Of a DNA stretch of 64,000 bases, positions 62,638-64,000 are shown in pieces (the first letter of the stretch is position 1; each line of letters opens with the position of its first letter). The notes under the pieces are model-generated. The model ran no database searches. It was not told where the DNA came from and saw only the letters and a list, made by a program, of their open reading frames with translations. The DNA is taken from positions 170,874,001-170,938,000 of the forward strand of contig NC_058368.1 in the NCBI RefSeq assembly GCF_018350175.1. The letters are read 5' to 3'. The position numbers and the translations under genes were made by a program. Source of the stretch: Felis catus (lineage: Eukaryota).

Positions 62638-64000
62638 AATCATTGCCAAGTTGACAGAATTATCAAATAACCAATCCCTCTTGGTAGTTAATGGAATAGA
62701 AATAGTCAATTAGAGCATTTTGCTGACCTTAGTGACCAGATATCACTCTTTGGCACTTGACTTTCATGGTAGATAAAAGGAATTAACTGACACCCAAATA
62801 AATCAGTTATGTAACTGAGGTCTTGGAATTAAAAAAATGATTTCATATACAGGAATACATGAATATATGTACTGTACATATGAATATATGTCCTAGCTTA
62901 GATATATCTCTATATAGATAATATAGATGATATAGATAGGATATATTCTTATAGCATAATTACATCAATTTTCATCAATATTTTTTACCAGATCTTTTTG
63001 ATTCAAGATAGCAATTGAAGAAAGAAACATGTGGATAAGAGAATAAAACTTTGAATAATTTTGAATATAGGCCACATATTTATCACAGAGACACTGAATT
63101 GTGGAATTGGGAAGAATCTTAGATTTTGTATATTCATACCCTCCACAAGATTTCTTATCAGAAGTTTTCTGGCATCTGCTTGTGCATAGGAGAGTAAGTA
63201 TTCTGCAAGGTAACCTGTTCTTCTTTAAAAAATAATTTTTCTCTTCCATTTTTAAACAAAACTAGAGAAAATTCTTCTTTATTCTAACCTGAAATATCAT
63301 CTTAATACCTCTCTAAATTTTTGTAGACACAGACACATTTTATGGGGCAAGAGCATCATTCATTCATTCATTGAACATTTGTTGCCAGTTATCAGCTGGC
63401 ATTCATACAAATAGGCCCTGCTCTCAAGCCAGGTGCAGTCAAATTTGAGATAAAAGCAACTCAATTGTATGATTTTCTTCCAACACCAAATCCTCAACTT
63501 CATAGGAAAACCTACAGAAAGATCTAATTGACTCTCCTCAAATACTTCTGAGTTGATTTTGCAATCAAGTCACTATCACATTTTCCTCTAACTTCCCCCA
63601 ACCAAATATTGAGATAGCATAGGCATATCCAGAGGGTAGCAAGCAAACAAAATTTGTTATCCTTTCTCTTGGAGATTTTTCTCCAGCTGTCTATATACAC
63701 AATAAAAAGTAAAATGGACAAAACTGTAATAATTGAAAATTCAGGAAGCATATATTGTGTTGGATTTCAGGCAATGTTACCAGAAGATCATCTGACCTAG
63801 CGGAAGTTCCCCCAAGCAGTCAGGAAGATTTCTCCACTTTTAGGAACCCAGAGAGGAAAAGCATGCAAGAACAGAGGGAAGAGAAGGGAGGCACCGACTT
63901 CTGGCAGAAGCCAGGTCTGACAAAGCAGCTGTGGGATTCTGTCTGCCTCAATCTCCTCATCTGTGAAGGTGGTAATAAGGGATCTTTACGGTGACTTACA

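Noticed and set aside
1..64000. CRISPR array, operon, prophage or other prokaryotic or novel defence system
   Set aside because: No regularly spaced repeat-spacer array or long intronless ORFs; the content is explained by spliced mammalian genes and interspersed repeats.

Overview
Mammalian genomic DNA from a felid, most likely the domestic cat or a close relative, inferred from abundant SINEC_Fc/Can-SINE and L1_Fc-type repeats. It holds two convergent genes. On the + strand are the last two coding exons of CAMK4 (2747-2899, 4507-4947), followed by a probably very long (~10.5 kb) 3' UTR. On the - strand is the complete STARD4 gene: non-coding exon 1 in a CpG island near 37 kb, coding exons 30186-30290, 28932-28981, 24473-24599, 23523-23637 and 22391-22620, giving a 627-nt CDS and 208 aa. 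Its promoter carries several CCAAT boxes and an SRE-like decamer. The stretch 38-64 kb is repeat-rich with no credible protein-coding gene. I found no prokaryote-style novel system. The most notable observations are: (1) a ~257-bp TSD-flanked chimeric retro-insertion made of a young L1 5' end joined to an unrelated AT-rich segment, 2.5 kb upstream of STARD4; (2) a candidate alternative STARD4 last exon behind a ~200-nt AG-free, largely polypyrimidine zone, plus a consensus 5' splice site 2 nt into the normal last exon; (3) inverted SINEs flanking the CAMK4 regulatory exon; (4) twin D-box motifs in the CAMK4 3' region; (5) a SINE target site that was hit repeatedly. Gene and repeat family names come from recognition, not database searches.
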